Part shown: positions 8,988-19,136 of the stretch, piece after piece
Numbering within the stretch: the first letter of the stretch is position 1
How the letters are laid out: each line of letters opens with the position of its first letter
Assembly (NCBI GenBank): GCA_012027035.1
Contig: VEPD01000249.1
Coordinates: forward strand, 1-35,179
Length of the DNA: 35,179 bases
Reading direction: 5' to 3'
Source of the DNA: Ruminiclostridium sp.
GTDB lineage: Bacteria > Bacillota > Clostridia > Acetivibrionales > DTU013
The notes under the pieces: model-generated
The model's database searches: none
Told to the model about the DNA's origin: nothing
What the model saw: only the letters and a program-made list of their open reading frames with translations
Position numbers and translations under genes: made by a program

Positions 8988-9716
8988 ATGGCAAAGAAGA
9001 TAAAAGTACTTGTATGGAACGAATTCAGGCATGAAAAGTATGAAGAGAGTGCAAAAAACATGTATCCAAAGGGTATACACGGGACTATAAGGGATTTTCT
9101 TTCGAACGAAACCGATTTTGAAGTAAGAACAGCCACGCTGGATGATCCTCAGCAGGGTATTTCTGAAGAACTCCTCAAGGACATTGATGTATTGATATAT
9201 TGGGGGCACAATTATCATGATGAAGTCAGAGATGAAGCAGTCGAAATAATATCCAAAAGAATAATACATGACGGTATGGGTTTTATTCCGCTTCACTCAT
9301 CACATGAGTCAAAAATATTCCGTAAATTAATGGGGACCACCTGCTTGTTGAAATGGAGAGAAGCCAATGAAAAGGAACGCCTCTGGCTTATTGAGCCTGG
9401 TCATCCTATTGCGAACGGCATACCTGAATATATTGAAATAGAACACGAAGAGACATATGGTGAAAGATTTGATATTCCAACTCCTGATACTCTTCTTTTT
9501 ATCAGCTGGTTTGACGGCGGTGAAGTTTTCAGGAGCGGATGCTGTTATATAAGGGGAATGGGCAAAATATTCTATTTTCGTCCGGGGCATGAAATCTGTG
9601 GAGCATATTATATACCTGAAATACAGCAGGTTATAAAAAATGCCGTCAGGTGGGCGGCTCCTTCAAACGGCCCTATCCCTATATTGGGTAAAGCCAGACC
9701 TTTTCCCCGTACCTGA
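8988..9716 (+). CDS. thuA: ThuA-like (trehalose utilisation) domain protein
   Basis: VLVWNEFRHE, YPKGIH, YWGH, LHSSH, EETYGERFDIP, YFRPGHE; ATG 8988 after GAGGGGG. Confidence 0.88.
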   Translation: MAKKIKVLVWNEFRHEKYEESAKNMYPKGIHGTIRDFLSNETDFEVRTATLDDPQQGISEELLKDIDVLIYWGHNYHDEVRDEAVEIISKRIIHDGMGFIPLHSSHESKIFRKLMGTTCLLKWREANEKERLWLIEPGHPIANGIPEYIEIEHEETYGERFDIPTPDTLLFISWFDGGEVFRSGCCYIRGMGKIFYFRPGHEICGAYYIPEIQQVIKNAVRWAAPSNGPIPILGKARPFPRT

Positions 9717-9887
9717 GGTTTTTTCAAAGGTTGATACTACCGCAAAAACTCATGTTCCAACAAAATTTCGATAGCATCGGAAAGAGGACTTTTTACGACA
9801 GAATCAAAAGTTACATTATAGAAAATATTGATGATTTTTCTGGTAAAAAATAGCGGGTTGCTTAAAGTTATAAAGGAGAGGAATTAC

Positions 9888-11357
9888 ATGGCAGAAAAAT
9901 ATTTGAAAAATTACATAAATGGTCAATGGGTTGAACCTGTTGATATAAAATACAGGGAGGTATTGAACCCATCGACAGATGAGGTTATAGCACATGTTCC
10001 GTTGTCCGGACGCAAAGATGTGGATTTTACCGTCAATATGGCAAAAGAAGCATTTGAATCATGGAGATCTGTTTCTCCAGCTAAAAGATGCAAGTACATG
10101 TTCAGGCTTGTTGAACTTATTAATGAAAATTTTGAGGAGCTTTCCGGATTGATATCATATGAAGAGGGGAAGAACCTTGTCGATGCAAAAGCCGAAATGA
10201 AAAGGGTGCTTGAGAATGCTGAAGTTGCAGCGGGGATACCTTCGTTTATGATGGGGGATTTCATTGAGGATGTTTCGGAAGGGATCGAAGGATATACCAT
10301 AAAACAACCGATAGGTGTCTTTGGCGTTATTTGTCCTTTCAACTTTCCGGCAATGGTCCCATTCTGGTTTTTCCCATATGCTGTGGCTGCAGGCAATACG
10401 GTCGTTATAAAGGCTTCGGTCCAGGTTCCCCTGACAATGTCCAGAATAATGGAATTGATCGATAAGGCCGGATTTCCGCCGGGTGTCGTAAACCTGTTGA
10501 ACGGCAGTAGGGATGTTTCGGATGCAATGCTGGACAATCCGGATATAAAAGGGATATCATTTGTCGGTTCAACATCGGTTGCAAGAATGGTGGCGTCTAG
10601 ATGCTCCAGTAGCGGAAAAAGATATCAGGCACTTGGCGGAGCCAAGAATTTCCTGATCGTCATGCCGGATGCAAAGCTGGATAAGGTTGTCAGCTCTTTG
10701 AATACCTCCTGCTTTGGCTGCGCCGGCGAGAGGTGCATGGCAGCCAGTGTTATCGTGGGGGTAGGCAATATTTACACGGAGCTTAGAGAGCGATTCAGGG
10801 AAGCGGCTTTAAAGCTTATCGTAGGGAATGCTCTTGATCCGGAAGTTGATGTCGGACCTGTGATAAGCAGGGAAGCAAAGGAAAGAATCCTATCTTATAT
10901 ACAGCAGGGTATAGATGATGGTGCAGGTCTTGTACTGGATGGAAGAAATCCGGCAGTAAGAGGGGATTCCAGCGGTTATTACATAGGACCTACTATACTT
11001 GAGAATATAACATGGAACATGTCGGTATGGAAGGAAGAGATTTTCGGACCTGTAGCTTGCATGGTGAAAGCCGGAACCTTTGAAGAAGCCCTGGAAATGA
11101 TGAATAGCCACAGTTATGGAAACGGCGGCTCAATTTTCACACAGAGCGGTTACTACGCAAGAGAATTTCAGTATAAGGCAAAGGTGGGGATGGTCGGAAT
11201 CAATATTGGTGTTCCTGCTCCTGCCGCGGTTCTTCCCTTTGGCGGTGTGAAAGCTTCCATGTTCGGCGACATAAAGGCACAGGGTAAAGGAGTAGTTGAC
11301 TTCTTTACCGAGAAAAAGATTGTTACTGCCCGATTCTATAACGAGGATTGGAATTGA
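9888..11357 (+). CDS. mmsA: CoA-acylating (methyl)malonate-semialdehyde dehydrogenase (MmsA/IolA family)
   Basis: PFNFPAM, SFVGST, GGAKN, GCAGERCMA catalytic Cys, EEIFGPV, GMVGINIGVPAP; ATG 9888 after AAGGAGAG. Confidence 0.88.
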   Translation: MAEKYLKNYINGQWVEPVDIKYREVLNPSTDEVIAHVPLSGRKDVDFTVNMAKEAFESWRSVSPAKRCKYMFRLVELINENFEELSGLISYEEGKNLVDAKAEMKRVLENAEVAAGIPSFMMGDFIEDVSEGIEGYTIKQPIGVFGVICPFNFPAMVPFWFFPYAVAAGNTVVIKASVQVPLTMSRIMELIDKAGFPPGVVNLLNGSRDVSDAMLDNPDIKGISFVGSTSVARMVASRCSSSGKRYQALGGAKNFLIVMPDAKLDKVVSSLNTSCFGCAGERCMAASVIVGVGNIYTELRERFREAALKLIVGNALDPEVDVGPVISREAKERILSYIQQGIDDGAGLVLDGRNPAVRGDSSGYYIGPTILENITWNMSVWKEEIFGPVACMVKAGTFEEALEMMNSHSYGNGGSIFTQSGYYAREFQYKAKVGMVGINIGVPAPAAVLPFGGVKASMFGDIKAQGKGVVDFFTEKKIVTARFYNEDWN

Positions 11358-11382
11358 TGTGTTTGTGCAAGTTGAATATAAT
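11354..11382 (+). promoter_or_regulatory. Possible internal sigma-A promoter before the beta-propeller genes
   Basis: TTGATG (11354-11359), 17-nt spacer, TATAAT (11377-11382). Confidence 0.45.
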
Positions 11383-11400
11383 ATTTGAGGTATTGTTAAA

Positions 11401-12822
11401 ATGGAACCCATCAAAATCGCATCACGCCGTGAATTATTTTGGGATGATTATTTAATAGAAACTGCAACGGCAAAACTTAAGCAGCATAAACCGCAGGTAA
11501 AGAATGCCGTCATGATGCACGATTCTCCATGGGAAGGCTGCGGCTGTATATACCATGTGACTTTCAGGGACGGCGATATAATCCGGATGTATTATCTTGC
11601 TGCCGACATCACAAACAAGGACGGCACAGAGATTTCAAAGCGCCCGCCCGTCATCTGTTATGCCGAAAGCAGGGATGGCAAGAGCTTTACAAAGCCGAAT
11701 ATCGGTATATGCGAATTTGAAGGTTCAAAAGACAATAATATTATTCTTGACAATACCACAATGAAATTCGATAATTTCGCTGTATTTAAAGATTCCAATC
11801 CCGGTTGTAAACCCGATGAAATATACAAAGCGGTGGCTTTGGATGATGACGATAAATATCTATGGTGCTTTACCAGTTTGGACGCCATACATTTCAATAA
11901 AGCATGGCGTATGACTAATGAGGGTACGTTTGACTCGCTTAATATCGCATTCTGGGACAGGCATACACAGCAGTATTACCTTTATTTAAGGGATTTACAC
12001 GGTTATGTCGGCGAAAACAAATGGGATGGCGGGGGCATACGTGATATCCGCTGGTCCGTTTCCAAAGATTTTGTGAACTGGTCGACGCCTGTACTGCTGG
12101 ACTTTGGCAATAATACGGATATTCCGCTTTATACCAATGTAATAAATCCATATTACCGCGCGGACCATATGTTTATCGGTTTTCCCTCCCGTTATATTGA
12201 TAAGGGATGGACTCGCAATTTTGAATCCATGCCCGATGTACATCACCGTAAGAACCGTATGAATCATCAACCGCGTTTTGGTACTGCTATTACCGACTGC
12301 ATACTCATTACCTCGCGCGATGGCAAGAGCTGGAGACGATGGAATGAAGCGTTCCTGACGCCCGGCCTTGAACATATGCATAACTGGGTTTATGGCGATT
12401 GCTATCCCTCTCTCGGCTTAATTGAAACCGAAAACGATTTGCCTTATGCGCCTGAAGAGTTATCGTTTTATACATTTGACTACCATTGGAAGCTGTCGAG
12501 CCCGCTGCGCCGCTATACAATAAGAATAGATGGCTTCATATCCTATAATGCCACATATAAACCCTGTACTATAGTCACTAAGCTATTTATATTTAAAGGT
12601 AAAAATCTATCTATAAACTTTACAACTTCGGCTATTGGTTATATCAAAATCAAAATCACCGGTGAGAGCAAGACGATTAACTCTATAGAGATTTTTGGCG
12701 ACAGTCTGGACAGGACAGTAATCTTTGAAGATGGCGATGCAGCATCACTTGCCGGAAAGCCGGTTAAAATGGAAATAATCATGAGTGACGCCGATATCTA
12801 TTCTTTTAAATTTAATGAATAA
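11401..12822 (+). CDS. Putative five-bladed beta-propeller glycoside-hydrolase-like protein, family unassigned
   Basis: 473-aa ORF; ELFWDDYLI start, repeated Asp-box-like motifs (ESRDGKSF, TSLDAIHF, VSKDFVNWS, TSRDGKSW), C-terminal RIDGFIS; no signal peptide. Confidence 0.65.
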   Translation: MEPIKIASRRELFWDDYLIETATAKLKQHKPQVKNAVMMHDSPWEGCGCIYHVTFRDGDIIRMYYLAADITNKDGTEISKRPPVICYAESRDGKSFTKPNIGICEFEGSKDNNIILDNTTMKFDNFAVFKDSNPGCKPDEIYKAVALDDDDKYLWCFTSLDAIHFNKAWRMTNEGTFDSLNIAFWDRHTQQYYLYLRDLHGYVGENKWDGGGIRDIRWSVSKDFVNWSTPVLLDFGNNTDIPLYTNVINPYYRADHMFIGFPSRYIDKGWTRNFESMPDVHHRKNRMNHQPRFGTAITDCILITSRDGKSWRRWNEAFLTPGLEHMHNWVYGDCYPSLGLIETENDLPYAPEELSFYTFDYHWKLSSPLRRYTIRIDGFISYNATYKPCTIVTKLFIFKGKNLSINFTTSAIGYIKIKITGESKTINSIEIFGDSLDRTVIFEDGDAASLAGKPVKMEIIMSDADIYSFKFNE

Positions 12823-12844
12823 TGATTTGAGGGGGAAATCAAAA

Positions 12845-14284
12845 ATGGAATTAATTGACATTTATAAAAAGAAACAGTTGATGATTGATAATCATATCAT
12901 TGAAATGAGCGGCGGGGCCAGGCATTTAGTGCACCAATGGGAGAAGGACAGCGGAAATCCCGTACTTTCGAAGCGGCATGAATGGGAAGGTATGGGCCTT
13001 ATAGGGCCTGGCATTATGGAGTATGACCCTATCGATAAAAAGTACAAAATGTGGTATAGCACTTATAATGATATGGGGAAGTATAATCAAGGTTACGCAG
13101 AGTCAAATGACGGACTGGAATGGATTACATATCCCGAACCGTGCATCACCGAAGAGAATTTAACATACACCGTAGCTATTGTCATAGACCCAAGAGGCAA
13201 AGCAGGCGACTACCGGTTCCACCTTATTGGTTTCTTCCGCAGAACTCCTGAGCTGCCCGGCCGCGGTATACCGTACAGATCCAGGGATGGCATCACCTGG
13301 GAGCCGTATGAAGGGTCGCCCTGGTGGTTGGGGCCGGGTGACAGCATTAAAATTATATGGGATTCAAAAAGAGAGTGTTTTGTCTCATATTATGATGTAG
13401 TAAGGGTTGCCGGAAAATTAACCAATGGAGTGAATGTCAAAGGCTATTATGTAGATTATGATTTCAAGCAAAAAGATTGCGATATATTGGAATTTGATGG
13501 AATTGATATATTTCCCGAGAGACATGATACGCACTACGAATTTATATCTAAAAAACTTGGTGAGAATGACGGGGGCGGCCTTTCCATTACTGAGGACGTC
13601 CAGATGATAAGAGTGATTTGTCGGGCGGAAAGCAGGGATTTAGTCAATTGGACCGATAGCAGGGTTATTCTTGAACCGGATGAATACGATTACATAGACG
13701 CCCAATATGCGCATTTGCCCGTATTTGAATATGAAGGTATATATATGGCATATGCCGATTATATGAGATCGTTGTCCGGAAAGATTGAAGAAGTTTATGC
13801 ATTCAGCAGGGACGGCGTTAATTTTACCGTACCCGATAAGAAGCCTGCTATTGCATGCGGGCCGGAAGGAAGCTGGGACGCGGGGATGGTTCTGGTATCC
13901 AGCAGACCCCTTGAGATTAATGGCAGGCTCTGTATCTATTATGGGGCATTTAATTCGGACCACGCGCATGTCGACACTGCTGTCAGCCGGTCTGCCATCG
14001 GCCGTGCATGGATGCGTAAGGACGGCTTTGTATCCGTTACAGGAGGCACGGTCCGTACAAAGCTGTTGTCAACCAATGGGGGCGCACTTCACATAAATGC
14101 AGCCGGCAGGATTGCCATCAGGATATTGGATGTGAGCGGAAACATATTGGAAGCGGCGTCATGGGAGGGTGACTCAACCGACGCAAAGGCAGTACAGGAT
14201 ATCGGCAAGCTTTTGAATAAGCCTGTACGCATCGAGTTTGACCTTGGGGAGGCGGGGCATCTATATTCATTCTGGTCGGAATGA
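12845..14284 (+). CDS. Putative five-bladed beta-propeller glycoside-hydrolase-like protein, family unassigned
   Basis: ORF 12785..14284; ATG 12845 after GAGGGGG; NPVL...WE, Asp-box-like ESNDGLEW, SRDGITW, SRDLVNW, SRDGVNF; GSWD; RKDGFVS. Confidence 0.65.
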   Translation: MELIDIYKKKQLMIDNHIIEMSGGARHLVHQWEKDSGNPVLSKRHEWEGMGLIGPGIMEYDPIDKKYKMWYSTYNDMGKYNQGYAESNDGLEWITYPEPCITEENLTYTVAIVIDPRGKAGDYRFHLIGFFRRTPELPGRGIPYRSRDGITWEPYEGSPWWLGPGDSIKIIWDSKRECFVSYYDVVRVAGKLTNGVNVKGYYVDYDFKQKDCDILEFDGIDIFPERHDTHYEFISKKLGENDGGGLSITEDVQMIRVICRAESRDLVNWTDSRVILEPDEYDYIDAQYAHLPVFEYEGIYMAYADYMRSLSGKIEEVYAFSRDGVNFTVPDKKPAIACGPEGSWDAGMVLVSSRPLEINGRLCIYYGAFNSDHAHVDTAVSRSAIGRAWMRKDGFVSVTGGTVRTKLLSTNGGALHINAAGRIAIRILDVSGNILEAASWEGDSTDAKAVQDIGKLLNKPVRIEFDLGEAGHLYSFWSE

Positions 14285-14475
14285 AATGGTTGAACGATAT
14301 GCGACTGAAATAAATGTAGAAAATAGTGTTACAATTGCCAAAGACTTCTTGAGCTAGAAATGATAATATGTAACTGCTGGAGTTTATTCATTTTAAAAAT
14401 CTATATTATTTTTTGAAGTAAATGTTAATTAGTATTATTAAATAAATAAAATATTATTTCTTAAAGGAGTTAGAG

Positions 14476-15429
14476 GTGAACAATACTGTTATTAGGAAGT
14501 TACCCTTACAGGGCAGTAAAAAGCATACATTTCTTAAAAAGGTTGTAAGAGACAAATACCTCATATTACTTTTTCTGCCGGTATTGGTATTATTGATAAT
14601 TTTTTCGTATATACCCATGTATGGTTTAATTATAGCTTTCAGGGACTATTCTCCCGGTCAGAAGATGTTAAGTCTTGATCATTGGGTGGGTTTGGAAAAT
14701 TTCAAGCGTTTTATTGATAGCATATATTTTTTCAGACTGATTAAAAATACGGTATTGCTTAATTTGAATCTCATCATATGGGGTTTTCCAATCCCAATTA
14801 TTTTTGCCCTTTGCCTGAATGAGATAAAGCACAAATATTTTAAAAGGATAACCCAGTCTGTCAGCTACCTTCCTCATTTCATATCTACTGTTATTATTGT
14901 TGGAATGGTTGCTAATATGCTATCTTCCTCTGGCGGAGTAATAACTGATTTTATTTATGCATTGACCGGCAATCAGATTAATTTTTTCAATGATCCCAAG
15001 TATTTCAGGACAATTTATGTTGTGTCGGATATCTGGCAGACTTTTGGATGGGGATCCATTTTATACTTGTCGGCGATTTCCGGTATAGATCCTACGCTTT
15101 ATGAGGTTGCGACCATTGATGGGGCGTCAAAACTCAAATGCATGTGGTATATTACCTTGAGAGGCATATTGCCTACAATAAGTATGCTTTTCATGTTCAG
15201 TATCGCTTCAATATTCAAAGTGGAACCTGATAAAGTCCTGCTTCTTTATAATCCGGGAATTTATGAAACATCCGATGTCATGTCTACATATATATACAGG
15301 ATCGGAGTTTTGGAAAGTGAATATGGTCTTGGCGCCAGCATAGGCTTTATTAATGGTATTATTAGTTTCATCTTAATTGCCGTTTATAATAAACTTGCAA
15401 AAAAATCAGACCTGATTACATTATGGTGA
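14476..15429 (+). CDS. Carbohydrate ABC transporter permease (LplB-like)
   Basis: Hydrophobic helices; PMYG, WVGLENF, SYLPHFIS, EAA-loop LYEVATIDGA; AAGGAG SD. Confidence 0.92.
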   Translation: MNNTVIRKLPLQGSKKHTFLKKVVRDKYLILLFLPVLVLLIIFSYIPMYGLIIAFRDYSPGQKMLSLDHWVGLENFKRFIDSIYFFRLIKNTVLLNLNLIIWGFPIPIIFALCLNEIKHKYFKRITQSVSYLPHFISTVIIVGMVANMLSSSGGVITDFIYALTGNQINFFNDPKYFRTIYVVSDIWQTFGWGSILYLSAISGIDPTLYEVATIDGASKLKCMWYITLRGILPTISMLFMFSIASIFKVEPDKVLLLYNPGIYETSDVMSTYIYRIGVLESEYGLGASIGFINGIISFILIAVYNKLAKKSDLITLW

Positions 15430-15443
15430 GGGGAGCTGCAAAA

Positions 15444-16340
15444 TTGGCTGAGAAAAGTTTTAAAAGACTAAAAATAGAAGATGGCATACTTTTTATTTTG
15501 TTTTACAGCATTGTATCCATTAGTGCGATTATCACATTGTATCCCTTTGTTTATGTATTCAGTATGTCTGTTTCCGACCCGCTGAGGATGAGCGAGGTTG
15601 TGTTATTTCCTAAAGGATTTTCATTAGGCGCATTTAAAGCGGTCATTAATGAAACAGGCATATGGAGGGCATATTTCAATACGATATATTATACTTTATT
15701 AGGTTCTTCGTTGACGATAATCGTTACAATGATGGCTGCTTTTACACTTACAAGAAAAGGATTTGTGTTCAGGAAAATGTGTGTAGTGATATTGCTGATA
15801 CCTATGTTCATAGGAGGAGGGATTGTACCTTCATTTATTTTGATAAACAAATTACATTTATTTAATACATTATGGGCTATCATATTGCCGGGATTGGTAA
15901 GTTCATATAATGTTATAATGGCATATACATTTATGAAGACGACTATTCCCGAGAGCCTGATAGAAGCGGCGAGAATGGATGGAATGAACGACATGGGGAT
16001 TCTGTTCAAAATAGTAGTGCCTCTTAGCGCCGCAATCATTGCAGTTATCGGATTATGGGCTGTTGTTGGTTACTGGAATTCATATTTCAATGTTTTGTTA
16101 TATATCAGGGATAGAGACAAGCAAACATTACAAATATATTTGATGAGAGTGCTCATAAAAAATGCGAATGATTTATCTGTAGCTAACGAACGTTTAGGGG
16201 TTGGATATAAAAATGTAATTACAAGCGTCCAGTTGAAGTATGCGCTGATAATGTTTACTATTGCCCCTGTTATATTAGTATACCCGTTTTTGCAAAGATA
16301 TTTCATTAAAGGTATTATGATAGGTTCACTTAAAGAATAA
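15444..16340 (+). CDS. Carbohydrate ABC transporter permease (LplC-like)
   Basis: ORF 15423..16340 (TTG 15444 has a GAGGGGAG SD); IPESLIEAARMDG loop, WNSYF, YPFLQRYFIKGIMIGSLKE. Confidence 0.92.
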   Translation: MAEKSFKRLKIEDGILFILFYSIVSISAIITLYPFVYVFSMSVSDPLRMSEVVLFPKGFSLGAFKAVINETGIWRAYFNTIYYTLLGSSLTIIVTMMAAFTLTRKGFVFRKMCVVILLIPMFIGGGIVPSFILINKLHLFNTLWAIILPGLVSSYNVIMAYTFMKTTIPESLIEAARMDGMNDMGILFKIVVPLSAAIIAVIGLWAVVGYWNSYFNVLLYIRDRDKQTLQIYLMRVLIKNANDLSVANERLGVGYKNVITSVQLKYALIMFTIAPVILVYPFLQRYFIKGIMIGSLKE

Positions 16341-16412
16341 TTCTGAAGAGGAGGGAGAGGCGAATATCTGTCGGGAGTATGACTTATATTTATAAAAAAG
16401 GGGAGAAGCATT

Positions 16413-18122
16413 ATGAAAAAGGTTTTGCCATTTATTCTATCTGCAGTTATTATGCTGGCTATCATTAGTGGATGTGGGGCTGGAGGAAAAAAAGGAGAAG
16501 AATCCGTAAATACAACCGGTACGCAAGGAAGTTCAGATTCTACAGCAGCAGTAACATCAACAGAAGCAACAGTTGCAGCAGTACCGCCGGTCGAGTTGAC
16601 TTTTACAATAAACGCATCAATGGATTACGATGACTATGCTTTAGAAGCCAATAAAGATCTTTATCCGGCGTTAAAAGAGCTTCAAAGGCGTACAAATACA
16701 AAAATCACGTGGAAAACATACCCAACGCAAGAATATTAGGATTTGCTTCAAACAGATTTAGCTGCGGGCGGACCAGGTATAGGCGACATAATTGTATTGC
16801 CCGAATCAGGAATGAAACCGGACGATTTATTGGACAACGATGTTACTATTGACCTGTTGCCATTGATTAAGAGCAGTGCACCAAATATAATGAAATTATT
16901 TGAAAAGTATCCGAAAGCTTCAAATTTAAGACTGCTTGAGGATGGCAGATTGGCCAGTATCCCTGCATATATTCTGGATGGATCGCAGGATTTGGCAGCT
17001 TTGGGCTTGAGAATAGCATGGATGGAAAAGGGAGGAGTTACAAAAATTCCTGAAACTACCGATGAGCTTCTTGATTCATTGAGGGCAATAGTGAAGTCTG
17101 ACGGCAATGGTAACGGGAAAGCGGATGAAGTTGGTATAACAATGAGATTTGGCGATGCCTGGTTTGATTTTCTATTGATCTCCTTTGGCATACAACCTGG
17201 TAATACGAATAATACTTCTTCCGATTATGGAAAATTATTTTATGCCGATGGGGAAGTATTCAAATCAAAGTTGGATAAGCCCGGATACAAGGCAGCGATA
17301 GCTTATATGAACACCATATATAAAGAAAATCTTATAGACCATAAATGCTTTGAACCGGGAGACCAGGAAGCCAGATCCATTCAGATTAGTACTGAAAACT
17401 TGATGGGCGCCATGATTTGGAATTGGCTCGGTCCTATTGAAGGCGCTCATGATGATTTTAAGGAAAAATATGGGGATAGCAGTTTTACGGCAATAGCATG
17501 GCCAAAATCACCATTGGTTGATAAAATTGAAACAGAAAAACCATCTACTATCAAAGGAAATGTAGTAGTTACTAAAAATTCTAAAAATCCGGAAGCTGCA
17601 ATAAAGTTTTTAGATTATTTATATAGTGATGAAGGTATATTGCTATCTCAATGGGGTATTGAAAATGATTCCTATATTGTGAAAGATGGGAAAAAAGTAT
17701 TTACAGACAAAATAATAATAGATCCATTGCCAGCGGAAGAGGATAAGGCCAAGCTTTATACAAGTTATGGGTTACATACATGGATGTCAATTGAAGATGG
17801 GGAAGCAATAGGGCAATTGCAAAGGGTTAAAGAATTTGGCAGGGGCGTTAAAAAGCTGTATGCGGATTTGGCAGTTTTACAACCTTTTCCACAGCTATCC
17901 CTTAATACTGATGAAAGAAAATTAAGATCTCAATTAATGGCGGACATTGGAACATATGTAGACGAAAACAAAAGGAAATTTATTACAGGTGTCAGACCTA
18001 TGTCGGAATGGGAAGATTTTATAAAAGGGCTTAATGAAACACTCAAACTTCCGGAAGTAGCCGATAAAATATTAAATCCGGCATATAAGAGATATCTTGC
18101 CAATCTGGGGAAAATTAATTGA
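16413..18122 (+). pseudogene. ABC transporter extracellular solute-binding lipoprotein (LplA-like) interrupted by one in-frame TAG at 16737-16739 (pseudogene, sequence error or readthrough)
   Basis: ORFs 16413..16739 and 16743..18122 are in one frame, separated only by TAG-GAT; lipobox IISGC and S/T-rich linker in the first part; DGNGNGKADE, NPEAAIKFLDYLYSDEG, KFITG in the second; joined length 569 codons. Confidence 0.82.
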
Positions 18123-18233
18123 TAAACCCAAGGTGTTATTTGCTTAATTAATATATTAGGGAGAAGCAGGAAATGCGATCCTTAAATATAAGCCCCTAAG
18201 ATTTAGGGAGTAAAAAAATAGGAGGGTTTAGAA

Positions 18234-19043
18234 ATGGTTAAGATGAAAGTGTCAAAGGTACTGGTAGTAGCTCTTGTGTTGGTAATGGTTCTTTCCACGG
18301 CGTCGTTCGCCGCATCATCCATGAACATAGTTCAGGGAACGCCCAAGATCGACGGTGAAATTGATGCCGTATGGGCAACTGCAAACACTGTAAAAAGTGA
18401 AATATTCATCGGCGGGGATGCATCGACAAACAATGTCGGTGAATTTAAGGCCTTGTGGGATGAAGATAATTACTACATATTGGCAATAGTAAAAGACGAA
18501 GTAATATCTGATGCCAGTGCCGATTCATACCAGCAGGATTCTATTGATTGGTATCTTGATGTTGCCAACAACAAGACTGTAGAGTATGACGCAATTGACG
18601 GACAATTCAGGGCTAACTTTGCCAATGTCAGTTCTGTCATGCACAGAGCCGATACTTCCGGTTTTGTCACCGCAGCAAAAGAAATTGACGGCGGATGGCT
18701 TGTTGAAGCAAAGGTTCCATTCCTAAAGAAGATGAAAGCCGGCGATGTAGTAGGAATCGATTTCCAGGTCAACAATGATAATGACGGCGATGGAGTAAGG
18801 GATGGAGTATCAAACTGGGCAGCACTTAGCGGAGATGGCTGGAAAGATACTTCCCAATTCGGAGGAGAAGGTGTTCTGGTTGCAGCTCCTGCGGCAAAAC
18901 CAGCAACTACAACAACTACTACAGCTAACCCCAAGACAGGTGACGACAACAATGTTCTGTTATTCGGGATAATAGCTCTGATAGCAGCTATGACGGCAGT
19001 TTTTGTACTTAAGGGAAAAAAGAAAGCAGCTTCATACAAATAG
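18234..19043 (+). CDS. Secreted CBM9-like sugar-binding protein with sortase-type cell-wall anchor (NPKTG)
   Basis: Signal peptide ending ASFA; PKIDGEIDAVW, LWDED, QQDSID, GWLVEAKVP, GIDFQVNND (CBM9-like); Thr-rich linker, NPKTG, hydrophobic helix, KGKKK tail. Confidence 0.8.
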   Translation: MVKMKVSKVLVVALVLVMVLSTASFAASSMNIVQGTPKIDGEIDAVWATANTVKSEIFIGGDASTNNVGEFKALWDEDNYYILAIVKDEVISDASADSYQQDSIDWYLDVANNKTVEYDAIDGQFRANFANVSSVMHRADTSGFVTAAKEIDGGWLVEAKVPFLKKMKAGDVVGIDFQVNNDNDGDGVRDGVSNWAALSGDGWKDTSQFGGEGVLVAAPAAKPATTTTTTANPKTGDDNNVLLFGIIALIAAMTAVFVLKGKKKAASYK

Positions 19044-19090
19044 TTGCATAAACACAACTTAACACTATATAGTATTATAAGTTAGGTAAG

Positions 19091-19136
19091 ACAAAGGGGA
19101 TACATCATATATAGTTCATGTATTTCCTTTGTTTTT
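19091..19136 (+). terminator. Rho-independent terminator after the ABC/CBM9 operon
   Basis: ACAAAGGGGATACAT ... ATGTATTTCCTTTGT stem (two G-U pairs) followed by a T-run. Confidence 0.75.

Noticed and set aside
9717..9853. Short open frame MFQQNFDSIGKRTFYDRIKSYIIENIDDFSGKK* from ATG 9752 between thuA and mmsA
   Set aside because: No SD and no recognisable family; could be a remnant but unsupported
14476..18122. Missing ABC ATPase subunit
   Set aside because: Normal for Firmicutes carbohydrate ABC importers, which share an MsmX/MsmK-type ATPase encoded elsewhere
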